A stretch of DNA of 64,000 bases from assembly GCA_013265495.1 (NCBI GenBank), contig MU058337.1, forward strand, positions 3,962,880 to 4,026,879, given 5' to 3'. Within the stretch, counting starts at the first letter, position 1. Each line of letters begins with the position of its first letter. This DNA is from Vicugna vicugna (Eukaryota). The notes beneath the pieces are model-generated. The model was not told the origin of the DNA and searched no databases. It saw only the letters and a list, made by a program, of their open reading frames with translations. This document shows, piece after piece, positions 48,501 to 61,080 of the stretch. The position numbers and the translations under genes were made by a program.

Positions 48501-51389
48501 TTCATGATGCCAAAACTCTTAGCTGCTCACTAACCCGACACACCATTTATAAATATTAACTGTGATTAAAAGAAGCAGGTAATAGATGAAAAGACAAACA
48601 ACTCATGTCTTCATTTACTAATTGATAATTTCATCTCAGAGAAAGGACTATCTCACCATGATTTCTGGGTGATTCTTTCTTCTTTTGGAGAATCAGAGTT
48701 GTAGTTAAGCCATTCCTTTAAAAAAAATTAAAATAACTATGGCTTATTTCAAAAATAAAATTTGAATAACTGAGATGAATTTTGATTTCTTTTGACGGCA
48801 CAAATTATTTTGAAAGCTAACAGCTCTGCACATTTTAAAATAGATCCAATCATTCAAACTCAATCATAAATTTTCTACCCCATAATAATTTCTAATCATT
48901 TCACAGTGCACACACACCCGCATCTAAATGCCTTCCTCCACATGTCAAAATAAAATTCATATCTATTACCACACCTCTGAACCATCAAATCATTCAAAAT
49001 GAAGATCATAAAATGAAGATGTTTTGGAATGATGTGTCTTATGTATGATGCCGCTGCAGAAGGTACTCAGCAGAGGTGAGCAAGCCAGACTCCAGTATCA
49101 TATTTCTAAAACTCACCCATACTTTGCCTCTGAAATAATTCATTTTTAACTTTCTAAATAGTTTGTAATGTTTCCAACTTAACGCAAACTTTGCTGAAAA
49201 GCAAACAGCCCCAATTTGTACTGAGCACAGTATCATTTTTGGAATCATCCACAAGGCAAACACCATTAATATCATCATCACTGCCCCTCATTCCATTTAT
49301 ACGGTGGTTGTGGTCATTGATGCAGAAGCTCAGGTTATAGGAAAAAATAATCTACCCCAAACATATATAATTCATTTGCAGATAACTGGAGCACTTTATT
49401 AAGATGGTCTGCTTTGGACCATCTCCCCTTCTCCAATAAATGACAGCAGTTATAAACTGAATGTCACCCTTCACATGTCTCCTCTTCAGGACCTCCCCTC
49501 TTGCACACACAAGAAAACACACACAGAAAACTTCCACATACATACATTCACACACTCCTAGACTCACACTCTCAAATGCTGTCACCCATGCATGTGCACA
49601 CACACAGCACACCTGCACACAGACATGCAGCTGAGGACAACCTGGATGGTCTGATAAGGATGACATGCCAGGACCGTCCTTCAATACACCTTCACTCAGG
49701 CCCCTACTTACAGGACAGAAGTGGATCTCCTGAGCCCTGTGCGTATCTGTGAACAAGCTACTGGACAGCTGGACTCATGACCCAAATCCTCCCCAGGCCA
49801 AAAGCAGTTCCCTGGCTGGGATAATGACCTGTGCTAAGTTAGCAGTGGCTCCAGCCCCCATTGTAACAGACTCTTCTCTCAGAGGACAAGGTTTTCCTAA
49901 AGAAGACAGCTCTGTGTCCTCCCATAGCCATGTCCCCTTTTGCTTCCTTTAGCCGGGCTGCGCCTTCACCAATGCCCTTCTCCTGCCCTCCCCTTCCTGG
50001 CTGCACACATACTGAAGGATCCCAGGGGCTTAAGCAGGCCTTCAGCTGAAGGCATCTGTCAAATGCTGGGAAACCACCAGAGAAGGGGCTGCGGCCGACT
50101 CATCCCCGGGGCCGTTCAGGGGACACTGCCTCACTGGGGAGAGCTGTGGGCAGAGCCCACTGCAGACCCTCCGATTCTCTCCCCCAGGGGTTCTCCACTG
50201 GAGGGCTCCTCTGTCTGTGATTCATCCTGACCATGCTGCTTCCCTGACTCCTCCACCCCCTCTGCGATACAAGTGTCTCTTCCCCAGTTACTTCCCTGTG
50301 CGTCTTACAAACTCAGCCACTTGCGACTCTTCAGCGGGAGGCCAGCGGGTGTCTTCAGCGGTCCGTCCAGCTGGGAGGGTTCTGTTACAGGAAGCACAGA
50401 GAGTGACTCTGTTTACCAGAACTAGCCTTGTTGAACTGTTCCGAGCTTTGCCTGTTTTCTAAGTGAGAGTCTTTCCATCCAGCATTCCAGAATACCTGCC
50501 TTGAACTTGCACACACTCCTGTTAAATTTGTGTTACTTGAATTAATACAGCTTCGCAAAGCATGCTATTTGGATGCTAACCATGAAATCCTCTTATTTTA
50601 CAACCATATGATAAGATTTGAGGAATCATTTGCATTCCTGGGTAAATGAAATAGCTTCTGATTTATCAATCAAAGTAACCGCCAATTTTCATCAAGAATT
50701 GGCTCTTTCCATTTGAAGCTGCCACACACCTCCAAACCCAGGAGGGGTACAATAGGGCTTATGTCACACCATTTCCTCCTTTTCAAAATCGTTCGCCTGC
50801 GTTCTGGTGGTGTCTACCAGAAAGGAGGTAGAATTCTATGCTTTGACGGTGATGCAAGGAAATTGCAAGGAATTATAAAGTCGAAAAAGAATGCTGGTTT
50901 TTTTTTTTTCTTTCTGAGCAAATTTGAGTATCTTCATCTAGCAATCAGAGAAGATCACTTTCCCAGTGAACTGGGTAAGTAGGTAAGCAAAAACAAAAGG
51001 AAATTGTAACAACCAAAGGCATGGCCTGATGGAATTACCGGCCGAAGGTACTACCTACTGGCCCTACCCCCTGAGATAATATTTCCAAAATACTACAGTC
51101 TATGGTTTGTGTTAATCTTCCATGTGAATCATCCTTCTATCCTGTACCTTTCCAGAAGGCATTTTAGCAAATAACTTCCTCTCAAATCAAACTCTTTAGA
51201 AGTACGAATTCAGCTTTCCATTCAACTCCTTCAAAATCCACCTCAAACATCCCACAGTTTTGTTTCTTTGCTTCTTTCACAGTCCTGTGAAGCTCTGAGC
51301 CCAAATTCCATTCACAGGAAACTTCCGTCCGTAGAAATAAGAATAGTGAACTTCCTAGCACACGTTTTTGCAGGGATGGACATTTGTTC

Positions 51390-52230
51390 TTTATTTATTC
51401 ATTTATTAATTCATTCAGAGAACATTTCTCATATCATCTATTACCAAAGCAGTGTGTTAAGAACCAGGCTGCTGCGGAACTGAACAGAACATAGTCTTAA
51501 CATTAATGAGATTTCAGTCCTACAAGGGATTATAACACACTTACACAACAAAAAGGTAAAATAAGATACATGTAAATGAATGCTTTGGAGTTCAGGGAAG
51601 TTCGGATAAACACCATCTTAGCTATTAAGATGATGGGTGATTTTACAGAGGATCTGGCATCTGACCTGAGGAAAAATGGGTAGGACTTGGTCATTGGAGG
51701 CGGAAGAGGCAGAGCTGAAAGGAGAAATGCCGTGGCAGAGGGAAGGGGACCAGCACAGGTGAGAAAACGTGAGGTATGGGAACAGAAAGCAGTGTTCCCC
51801 TTAATTTGCCTGCAGCAAGGGCTCAGGAAGAAGGGGAGTGATGGGAAACACATTTGCTAAAACACACTGAAACTAGATCAGAGAGAGACTGACATGCCAG
51901 CTGAGGAGTTGCTCTTTATTCTAAAGGGAATGGAAAATCTCTGAAAGGTTTGGAGCATGTGATTAAATAATCAAGGTGGCTTTGGGAAGATTGCCAGCTG
52001 GGTGTAAAAAGTAGAGTGGAACACAGCCGGACACAAGACCAGTTAGGAAGCTACTGCAACGGACCGCACAAGAGAGGGAAGAAAAAAGCGCAGGAGTGTG
52101 AGGGCTATCTCAGAGACGAAGCTAAAAGGACTTAGCAACCAGGTGGGTATGGGGGACAAGCAAAGGATGAGGAATCATCGAGCTCTGAGTAACCTGGAGA
52201 ATCTTGAAGCTGTTCATAGACGACACAATG
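51390..52230 (-). mobile_element. L2 LINE 3' portion
   Basis: ttattcatttattaattcattca tail, then ctgaggagttgctctttattctaaagggaatggaaaatctctgaaaggttt...agaccagttaggaagctactgcaa. Confidence 0.75.
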
Positions 52231-53293
52231 GAAGGAAACAGAAGATAATAAGTTCCTGTTCATACATACAAATCTGTGTCGTATTTCTGCAAATTTTAGG
52301 TACATCCCCCAACCCAGAAAGATGTGCAGATCATCTAGGGAAGATATCTGTGTAGGATAAATATTACATTAACCCTAAAGCAGCATTGGCTCCATCAACA
52401 CCTCCACCTGGTCCCCACCTAGTCTTCTCTCCTCCTTCCCAGCCGTGAGCCTGCCCACCGGAAGGCTGGCTTGCCACATCCCATTCACCCCAGCGCCTGT
52501 CCTCCATGCTGGCTTTCTGCTGACTTCATACTGCTCTTGAGTATTGGACCTTCACAGCTCAGCCACAGCAGCCTCTCACGAGGACTTTCCAAAATCCACT
52601 GGACATAGCATATCCAAGGACCAGCTCCAACTGGAGGGCTGGGCCCAGACAGAATTGGGGGTGTCAGAGAGATGGCTGAAAGAAGATGGCTGCAGTCAGC
52701 TGGAAATACAAGATTGGAGTTGAGAGTTCTGAAAGGTTGAGAGATCTCATGACAGTTCTCCTCAGTCATCTCCACAGTGAGGGGACATGAAGTGTGCCTG
52801 CCCATCCCGCAGGACAGGTGGGTGGCCGTGAAAGGAAGAGGTCCTCTGAGGGAGGAGGGGGCGGAGCTCACACGCCTGGTCTCTCACACACGTGGATGTT
52901 TGCATAGTAGAGGGTGGACGGGGTGGGGACTGCTTTGCCACGTTGATTCTGCAGTGAGCTCTTTGGCAGCTCACGGATGCTGAGGGACCACTGGTACCCC
53001 CTCTGGCCACGAGCAGCAGGCACGCCCTCCAGAATGGAGCCCTGAGAGGCTTGGAGGAGCCAAGGAATGAACAGAGGTTAAATGCTCTTTCACTTACTTC
53101 TAAGTGACAGGCTTTAATTAAACATGATTCACACCTCAGCTGAGTCAGTCAGCTCTGCAGAGAGTCCAGGTTTATGCTGCCGACAGATCTGAAGGCTGAC
53201 AAGGGGGTAAGAGTGAGGAGAGGAGACCTAAGTGTGGACAGGGTTGGGTGGAGGAAGGTGCAGCTTGTATGAAAACGCATCAAAATTAAGGGA

Positions 53294-53480
53294 GAAAATA
53301 GATAAACAACAAGGTCCTACAATATAGCACAGGGAACTATATTCAATACCTTATAACAGCCTATAATGAAAAAGAAAATGAAAAGGAACATATATATATA
53401 ACATGCAAGTGAATCACTATGATATACACCAGAAATTAACACAACTTTGTAAATCTGCTGTACCTCAATTTTTTAAAAAG
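53294..53480 (+). mobile_element. Young cetartiodactyl-type L1 3' end
   Basis: aaaatagataaacaacaaggtcctacaatatagcacagggaactatattcaatacc...gaatcactatgatatacaccagaaattaacacaac. Confidence 0.88.
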
Positions 53481-55370
53481 AGAGGGAATAAAATACACTA
53501 AAAGGAATATGCTGTGAATAAATGTGGTTTTACGTACTTAAGGTGGTGATTTTGATGTTTCCACTCTCCTAAAAATGTAGCTAAATAACTTGTCTTTGTG
53601 GAAAAAAAAAAACGATGCGAGTGTTTCTTTTCATCAGTTTCCAAAAAAAAAAATCACTGAAAGATGTTACTTATTTCATGACAGTAGAAATATGATAATG
53701 CAAGCATTCCCATTGTACAGATTCAGTCACTGACACTGAGAGAAAAGAAGCCAGGACCAATTCATGTGGAGAACAGGGTCCAGGATGACAACAGAAACTC
53801 TGATTCCTCCCAAAGAGACTCCAGCTTGGCTTTAAATGGAAAAAAATTCTGACAACATCAATGGCTTTTGCACTTTAAGCCATTTCCCTTTTGTTTGCCA
53901 AAGCTAACAAAATTAAAGATATAAAAAATTATTCTTGCCAAAAGTCTATTTCTGGGGTCACAGCTGCAGGATTAACATATGCTAAAGCTAGAACTACTGA
54001 AGGTTGATTGTGCACATCTTTTCAAGTGCAGCTTAATCGCCCAAGAATGCAGATCACATTTCAGATGTATTTAAAGCATGAAAAATATTTATATAATTAT
54101 TGTCTCATCAGACAAATATTAAAACCCTGAACTACTCTACGTAAGGTCCCTGAAGTTTCTGCATTGACTCCCCACCTCCATATCAGGCAGCCCTTTGCTG
54201 TTTAGCAAATCCTTCTGCATCCACTCAGATCCAGCTCAAATTCCACATCCGCCATGAAGCTGCCCCTGGTGCCTTAAAGGGGACTGTCACCTCCGTGAAA
54301 CCCCAGAGCACTGTGTCGTCCTGTTGTGGCATTTTTGTGCCCTGGACAGTAGTTATCTGGACAGGCACACATCTTACTTCCCATTTGCTTGGTGCGTGGT
54401 GCAGCCCCCAAGGGGGGAGCTGTAATTTACACATCAGCATATCTGCTCTAAGAGCCTAGTGGAGGACGTCCTGCTGAGGTGATGCTAACTGCACTTTTTA
54501 AATGAATGATGACTGCGTGAAAATTCTCCAGGGTCCTCCGGCTCTCCTTTTCAAGCTTGGTCTTAGAATATGGAAAGCAAGCTTCTGCCTGGCGCACCTA
54601 GCCTGCAGCTACTCCTTCCCGGCTGAATCACAGACGAATCCCGTCTGCTCCACCTCTCCACTTCTCCATCTCTCCACTCAGCCAGCTGGAGGTTCCCTTT
54701 AGGCTAATTGGTCACTCCCTGTTCTAACCTGGGATTCCTCTCAGTTCTCACTCCCAGGGAAACCTCAGGAGGGCCAGGGGTCTCTCTAGGATGCTGTTTT
54801 CTGAGTTATATGCTCAATACCATATGCTTTTCCTCTTTAAACTCTTAATTACTGCTTTTCTTTTTAGTTATCTTTGTTTCCTCCCTCCTGAAATGTTCCG
54901 GAACTATTTCCTTTGAGCCATCTACAAAACATAAGGCAAACAGATGGTGTTCCAATTGCACTGGCAATTACCCCCTGAGAAAAGAAACTTTGTTCCCAAA
55001 GCAAGTAATTTGGACGAAATCAGAACTTTGGCCAGAATAACCCAGGTGAGTAGGGTGATGAGCTCTAGACATACACGATCTTATTTTATATAACAGGAAC
55101 CATCATCAGGAGTTTTTGACAAAGCCAGGCTGTTACTCCCTACACTGAAGGATGGGCAACATCTAAAAACGAATATTAACTATTTTCTTTTCTGTCTAAA
55201 AGGAACTCTTTCAGGCTTCACCCACTCCTGCGTGCAACGCCACGTCTGCAGTAGGTTTGAGAGCGCCCGAATCACAGTAGAGAAACTCTTGGGCACTTGC
55301 TCTCACCAACAGTCATGAGCTCCACTACTCACAACTAATTTTTAAGCATGAAGACTATTATTTTATTACA

Positions 55371-55672
55371 CTTTTTTATTATTGAAGTACAATTGATTTA
55401 TAACGTGTTAGTTTCAGGGTTACAGCAAAGTGATTCAGTTATATGTATATATATATTCTTTTTTAGATTCTTTTCCATTATAGGTTAATTGAATATAGTT
55501 CCCTGTGCTCTACAGTAGGTCCTTGTTATTTATCTCTTTCATATATAGTAGTGTGTATCTGTTAATCCCAAACTCCTAATTTATCCCTCCCTGCTTTCCA
55601 CTGTGGTAACCATAGGTTTGTTTTCCATGCCCGTGAGTCTATTTCTGTTTTGTAAATAAATTCGTTTATATC
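55371..55672 (-). mobile_element. Young cetartiodactyl-type L1 3' end
   Basis: ttttttattattgaagtacaattgatttataac...gaatatagttccctgtgctctacagtaggtcc...ggtaaccataggtttgttttc. Confidence 0.88.
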
Positions 55673-57360
55673 TTAATGATATTTTAAAGGAAATTACTGG
55701 AATGCAGTTTCCACCAGTAGGTAAATTATTTTAATTCTTTGGCAAAATCAGTATCAAATCTTTAAACCCAGGCTTGGGATGGTGGGACAAACAGAGACCC
55801 CTCTTTGCTAGAGAGGAAACAGATTTCTGCCTGCGCATTCCCTGGTCTCTGATCGTTACTGCAAACCATGGTCTGCCAAAATTCTTCTCTAACAGTAAAA
55901 CTAACTAGAGAGCTTTCCATCCAAGAACAGGGAACGCTATGTCATTGGGGAAAATGGCAAAGGTCATTGTAATGAACTTCACAGAAGGAGAAGAGAAGCA
56001 GGGAGAAATGGTAATTGCTTTTCTCCCGCCCAGACCAGGTCCAATCACCACCAATTCTTTGCGGTTTTCCCTCTTTTCTATCTCGTATATTAGTGTGATC
56101 ATTCAAAGGCTTCAATTTAGATGTAGGGCTCGTTAGAAAGAAGTTGGGATTTTAATGTGTGTGCCCAACACAAAGCAAGATAGTTATTGCACTTGGCACA
56201 GGGCAGAGGTTAAAATTGCATTGAAAAGATTTTTTCAGAGATTAACATAACTGCAAGTATCTCTTCTTCTCTCCTAGAGAAGCAAAATAGAGTAGGAAAA
56301 AATGCTTAAGGATGAAAAAGCTCCTGCTAAACTTGTCAGTTTCATCAACATTATGGACAAATGACGGCCAATTTTACAATAAAGTGCCAGTGTTTTCCAT
56401 CTCGGCATTTTGGGCCTTCGCTTAGAAGGCTGTTTTGTACTCTTTGGTCATCTTCTCTTCCTCGACTTTTTCTGATGTTACAAATTGTCCAGACTACTTG
56501 CATTTTCTGTTATTAACCTTCTAAACTTCCATCCACTCTATGATAAACTTGCTGGGAAAAGTAAAAAGTGGAAGAAGTGAGATGTTTTATTTTTCACTAT
56601 TCTACTTAATGAAATAGCTTAAAGGGTTATTTTGCTGTTCAAAAGTTACTCACCTGTACCCATGGGGTGAAAATGAATGTCACCTTAAGCAGTATCGGAA
56701 CCTCACAAGTATTAGCGTTTCTAATAAGACTCAAATTCCCTCAGTCTGGTGAGTAGGGAAAAATGAACTGTCTTGGTCATTTGTAAGAGTGAAGTAATTC
56801 TGGTTAATACAAGGCCAGCTGATTGTGTGGTCATGAGAAGACCACCAGAGATCCTTGCATCGAGGAAGTAATTGATTGATAAGGGATAATTAATTGTTAT
56901 TATATATGGCTAATAGCCAATACTTGACTCATCTATTATATTGACTCTGCCAATATAAGTAGCTCTATTTTCAACTCAACTGATAACTCTCTTCACATTA
57001 AGTCAAATTAGTACTTCAAAACAGTCCTTGATAAGTCCTAGTAAAGCCATGAACTGCATCTCCGGTTTGACGAATTTTGATATTATTTATAAAGCAATTA
57101 ACGTCATGTTAAAATCAGTTTTAGATGGACTATGTCAACATAGGTAGGCGCAGTCTATGCGTTGGACCCTTTATACCTTGAAAAGTAGCAGTTTGTTCAG
57201 TTAGGGTCCAACTCGAAGTTCCATTGTGAGTAACAGTAATTCATTACCTAAAAAGGAACCTATGTCATCTATGAATTGCCCTCTGGGGAACTGTGGTCCA
57301 CGTCATGCAGTCCTCCTACTCCTCAGAATGGTTGGCATTTGTTGAAGTCTGACTCTTTCC

Positions 57361-57379
57361 TGACCAACAGGTGGCAGTA
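57361..57379 (+). promoter_or_regulatory. Candidate CTCF-binding site
   Basis: tgaccaacaggtggcagta is a close match to the CCASYAGRKGGCRS core, with one deviation. Confidence 0.4.
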
Positions 57380-57395
57380 GCTGGAACATCCAAGA

Positions 57396-57574
57396 AAGTG
57401 GTTCTCAAGGTGGGGTCCCCAAAGAGCAGACTCATCCTCACCTGGGAACTTACAAGAAAGGTAAATCATCAGGCCCAGACCTGCTGAATCAGGAACTCTG
57501 AGGGCGGGGACCAGCAATTTCTGTTTAACAAGCCCCAGGTGACCCTGATGCAGGCTCAAGTTTGAGAACCACTA
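57396..57574 (+). mobile_element. MER5A hAT-Charlie MITE
   Basis: agtggttctcaa...cacctgggaactt...cccagacctgctgaatcaggaactctg...caagtttgagaaccact, with recognisable TIRs. Confidence 0.9.
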
Positions 57575-57584
57575 TCCTCCAAAA

Positions 57585-57742
57585 GGATTTCTCCAAATGT
57601 GGTGTAACGGCCATCAGCATTAGGATCACGCGGTACCAATTCCTGGAGCCCACCCTGACCTGCTGAATTATAATATCTAGAAATCTACATTTTCATAAGC
57701 TCCCCAGGCCTCTCTGTACACCCTGTAGTTTAAGAATCACCC
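57585..57742 (+). mobile_element. Second MER5-type MITE (MER5B-like), in tandem
   Basis: tttctccaaatgtgg...cagcattaggatcac...gacctgctgaatt...aaatctacattttcataagctccccagg...agtttaagaatcac. Confidence 0.7.
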
Positions 57743-58739
57743 AGTTAGTTTTAGGTCAGTAGATGATTCTTCCACTGAAATGCCAAGGGGGTATGAACCC
57801 AACTATTGGATTCGCTGAAAATTCTGCATATTTGAAGATGTCAAAGATGTCAGTATAAGTCTCACCTTCAAACCTGCGGACAGATAGAGAGATCTTCTGT
57901 ACTGGTTAGTTTAAGAGCTAAAGTCTGCCCTTCGCTATAGCTATTAAAATGCCTTTAGTCAACAAAAAGAGGATTATTTTCTAATTGAAAAAACTAAAGC
58001 TGAAATAGAATTAACATCTCAGTGTCATTCTGTAATTAGCATGAGACTGCCAACAGCCCAGGAAGTAGGCATTTTCTTTGTAAATTAGGTATTTTTTATC
58101 AGGTTTTTTTTTAATAGTCTAGAAATGTCACTGGTGACACCACTCATCCACCAGCCACACTGTCCGTCAGTGACATAACTTAACAATCTCCCCCTTTGTC
58201 AAAACACAGCCAGAAGTAGTTACAAAAAAACACTTGCCAATACTAATAAATAATTTCATGTCAGAGAAGGGGAAGCAGATGTTGAGATGGGAAAGGGAGG
58301 CAAAGGCAACTGAAAAATGGGAAAAGGATAGAGTATAAGACAGAAGCCAGGCTCCATATTGGCCTTAATAAAAGTCAGTCACCTCCCCCTTTATCTAGCT
58401 GAGTGGAAATAAAAGTTTCCACAAGCACATTAACATTCCTGTAACAACAACTACAGTCATGGCAGCAGCCTCAAAATCCCACCCTCTTCCTCTGAAGTCT
58501 CTGAAAATAAAAATCCGCAGGAATAAAACATTCCATCATTAAGAACCTGCACAGTGTCACTGTTGGACACAGCGGGTTTTCCTAGCATCTTCCTATATCA
58601 CAGAGTCTTTATCAAGGTAATGTTTGGATTTTGCCAGATTAATTTTGTAGCTTTATCATTAAATACAGGTGTCTACTCTCCAACCTGGCAAACAACAATG
58701 AAAAACAGATATTGCAGGAAACTGCTTTCTTACAAAGAC

Positions 58740-58960
58740 AATGTGATTTTGGGGAGAAAGCAAGATGTTTGCAGTAAGAGGGTCTGGATTCAAATATCTG
58801 TTCTCCCCTTTAGTTGCTCTGTTAGGGGAGCAAGTCAGTAAAACTAATCTGAGTTTCAATTTTCCCTTATTAAAAGGCTCCCTCAGAAGGTTGGATATCA
58901 GATAAAGTCCATAAAAAATTAAGTATAATGGATTTTCACACACGTTGCTAGACTCTAAGT
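58740..58960 (+). mobile_element. MIR SINE
   Basis: tctggattcaaatatctgttctcccctttagttgctctgttaggggagcaagtcagtaaaactaatctgagtttcaattttccc. Confidence 0.6.
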
Positions 58961-59494
58961 GTCCTAATGTTAAGAACTGTGTCTCTTCATACTTTCTCTC
59001 CAATGCACATATTGATACATAGCTTATTTAATTAATAGATTCATTAATTAGGTGTTATGTGAGCCTGTCATGGGGATTAGAATTGGCCCCAGAAGATGAC
59101 CAGCCAAATAGACCCAGGCCCCAGGGTTCAAAGCCAAACCAAGAATGGCAATCATCCAGAATGGAGGCACCAGTTAGCTCAAACCCACGTCAGAGGGTGA
59201 GTGGAGAGGGTCCAACAGCAAGTACTAAATCTGTCATCTGGCCCCAGAGAAAGGGCAAGACCTGAAACTCAAGGCCAGGTCCAAACATCTAGGTGTGAGC
59301 AGTACGAGCATGCAAAGGGAAGGGCGAACAAGGAAACGGGGCCAGAACGGCCCCAAAGCATGCCCAGGGGACCCTCATCTCGGGGAGAACAACACCCCAA
59401 CACTTGTGTGAGTCAACCTGAGTTCGGGTCCCAGGACCAGGGCGGGTTGCTGGTTAATTTTTACGTAACATTATTCGAAGGAATGGACATAGCA

Positions 59495-59730
59495 TACGTG
59501 AAAGAACATGACTGTGTTTTCAGCCAGACAGGACTGAGTTCACGTCCAGTTCTGCAGTTTGGTAGCCGTGGTGGAGGACACGTGAGCCTTCAGAGTGCCA
59601 GTTTCCCCATCTCCCCATAAAATTAGGTTGGTGGTATCTTCCGCTCCACGCTTTAGTGGGGATTAAATGGAGTCAGGAGTCACGAAGGGTCTGGAGCAAG
59701 ACTTGGCAAGCACACAACAAACGTTAATTT
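59495..59730 (+). mobile_element. MIR SINE
   Basis: cagccagacaggactgagttcacgtccagttctgc...ccagtttccccatctcccc...gggattaaatg. Confidence 0.65.
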
Positions 59731-59964
59731 CCTCTTCCTGCGTTCAGTTCTGGCCTCTCTCAGCTACATCTTTTATCCGCAATGTATTATCCTTGTAAAG
59801 TTTTTAGCAAGTGCTTATTGAAAACAATTATGTGCCCAATACCATATGCCGTAAATAGAAGCTTTCCCTATGAACTAGTATTTAAAAAAATTTTTTTCAG
59901 AACGTGAAATTCTGAGATTGGCCTTCACCTTAAGAGATCATAAATTGAAAAATACAAATTAACT

Positions 59965-60085
59965 TACTAATTTGTTCAGCACGTATTTATTGAACTCATA
60001 CTGTAGACTGGACATTTGGTTCAAAGCTCAGGACACGGCCCTGGAACAGATAGACATCGTGCCTGTCCCCAGAGAGCGTAAAGGC
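59965..60085 (-). mobile_element. L2 3' end fragment
   Basis: ttcagcacgtatttattgaactcatactgtagactggacat...gaacagatagacatcgtgcctgtccccagagagc. Confidence 0.65.
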
Positions 60086-60149
60086 CCTTTTTACCAGGAG
60101 AGCCTCCATAATAAATGACCTCTGTCTAGGCCACATGATAAATGAACTT

Positions 60150-60490
60150 TAAAGTTTCAGTAATTTCACAAGACCAAGACGTCTCAGTCAGTTAGGAGGC
60201 AGCTGCTCTTCTCCCAGTGGTTAACACGGGGATTCACATGCCTCCTGTCTTTTCGTGCTACCACCTTAAATACATGGCCTCCAGGGTCTTGAAAGAAAAA
60301 GAAGCAAGTAGGTGGTCAATAGCCCAGCCTAGAAGTAGATTCCAGCACTAGACCCACATCCCCCTGGCCGAATCCGGTCACCGGGCCCCAACTTTACTGC
60401 AAGGGAGTCTCAAAATGTAGTTTTCCTATATGCCCAAGAAGAAAAAACTTAGAGCGGGATTCAGTAAATATATAAAATTACATTTAGCCC
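60150..60490 (-). mobile_element. Old MLT1 (MLT1J/K-like) LTR fragment
   Basis: gcctagaagtag...cacatccccctggccgaatccggtcac...actgcaagggagtctcaaaatgtagttttcctatatgcccaagaagaaaa. Confidence 0.55.
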
Positions 60491-60679
60491 ATCTCCTGTT
60501 TGCAAGTTGCTGTACTGGGTCTAAGAGAACCAGATGCACTCCCTCCTCCGAGCCTTTCCCAGGAGCTTCCGACACCATGAATGGTGACAAACAGACACAG
60601 ATAAGCGATCGGAGGTAGACCTGACATATGGTGTACGGAGGGTCTGAGCTCTGGGAAGCCTGGGCTCCTACGGCAAACT

Positions 60680-60950
60680 GAAGGACAAAAATTCAATGAA
60701 GAAAGGGGATGAGCTTTTCCAAGTAAATACAAGGAAAAGGGTTCCAGCTGGAGAAAGAGTTTGAGAAAAGGAAATGTTTAGGAGATGGCGGGGCCTGGTG
60801 TGGCCGGCGTGTAACTCGTGATACATGATAAGCTTGCAAAGGGAAGGCACCGATCAAACGGGGCAGAGCTTGGAGTGTCACGGCTTCGAGTTTGAGATCA
60901 TCCCTGTTTACAGGCAAGAAGCAGCAGAAGGTTGTTTCAAGGAAGCAGTC
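60680..60950 (-). mobile_element. L2 LINE fragment
   Basis: ggggcagagcttggagtgtcacggcttcgagtttgagatcatccctg...gaagcagcagaaggttgtttcaag. Confidence 0.45.
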
Positions 60951-60956
60951 CAAGGA

Positions 60957-61080
60957 GGGGTGGGCAGAGCTCAGTGGTATAGTGCGTGCTTAGCAGGCAC
61001 AAGGTCCTGGGTTCAATCCCCAGTACCTCGATTAAAAAATTAAATAAATAATAACCTAATTTACCTCCCCGCTAAAAAAA
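60957..61080 (+). mobile_element. tRNA-derived SINE (camelid Vic-1-like)
   Basis: gagctcagtggtatagtgcgtgcttagcaggcacaaggtcctgggttcaatccccagtacctc, linker, aatttacctcccc and A tail. Degenerate TSD aaggaagcagtcca / aagaatgcagttca. Confidence 0.9.
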
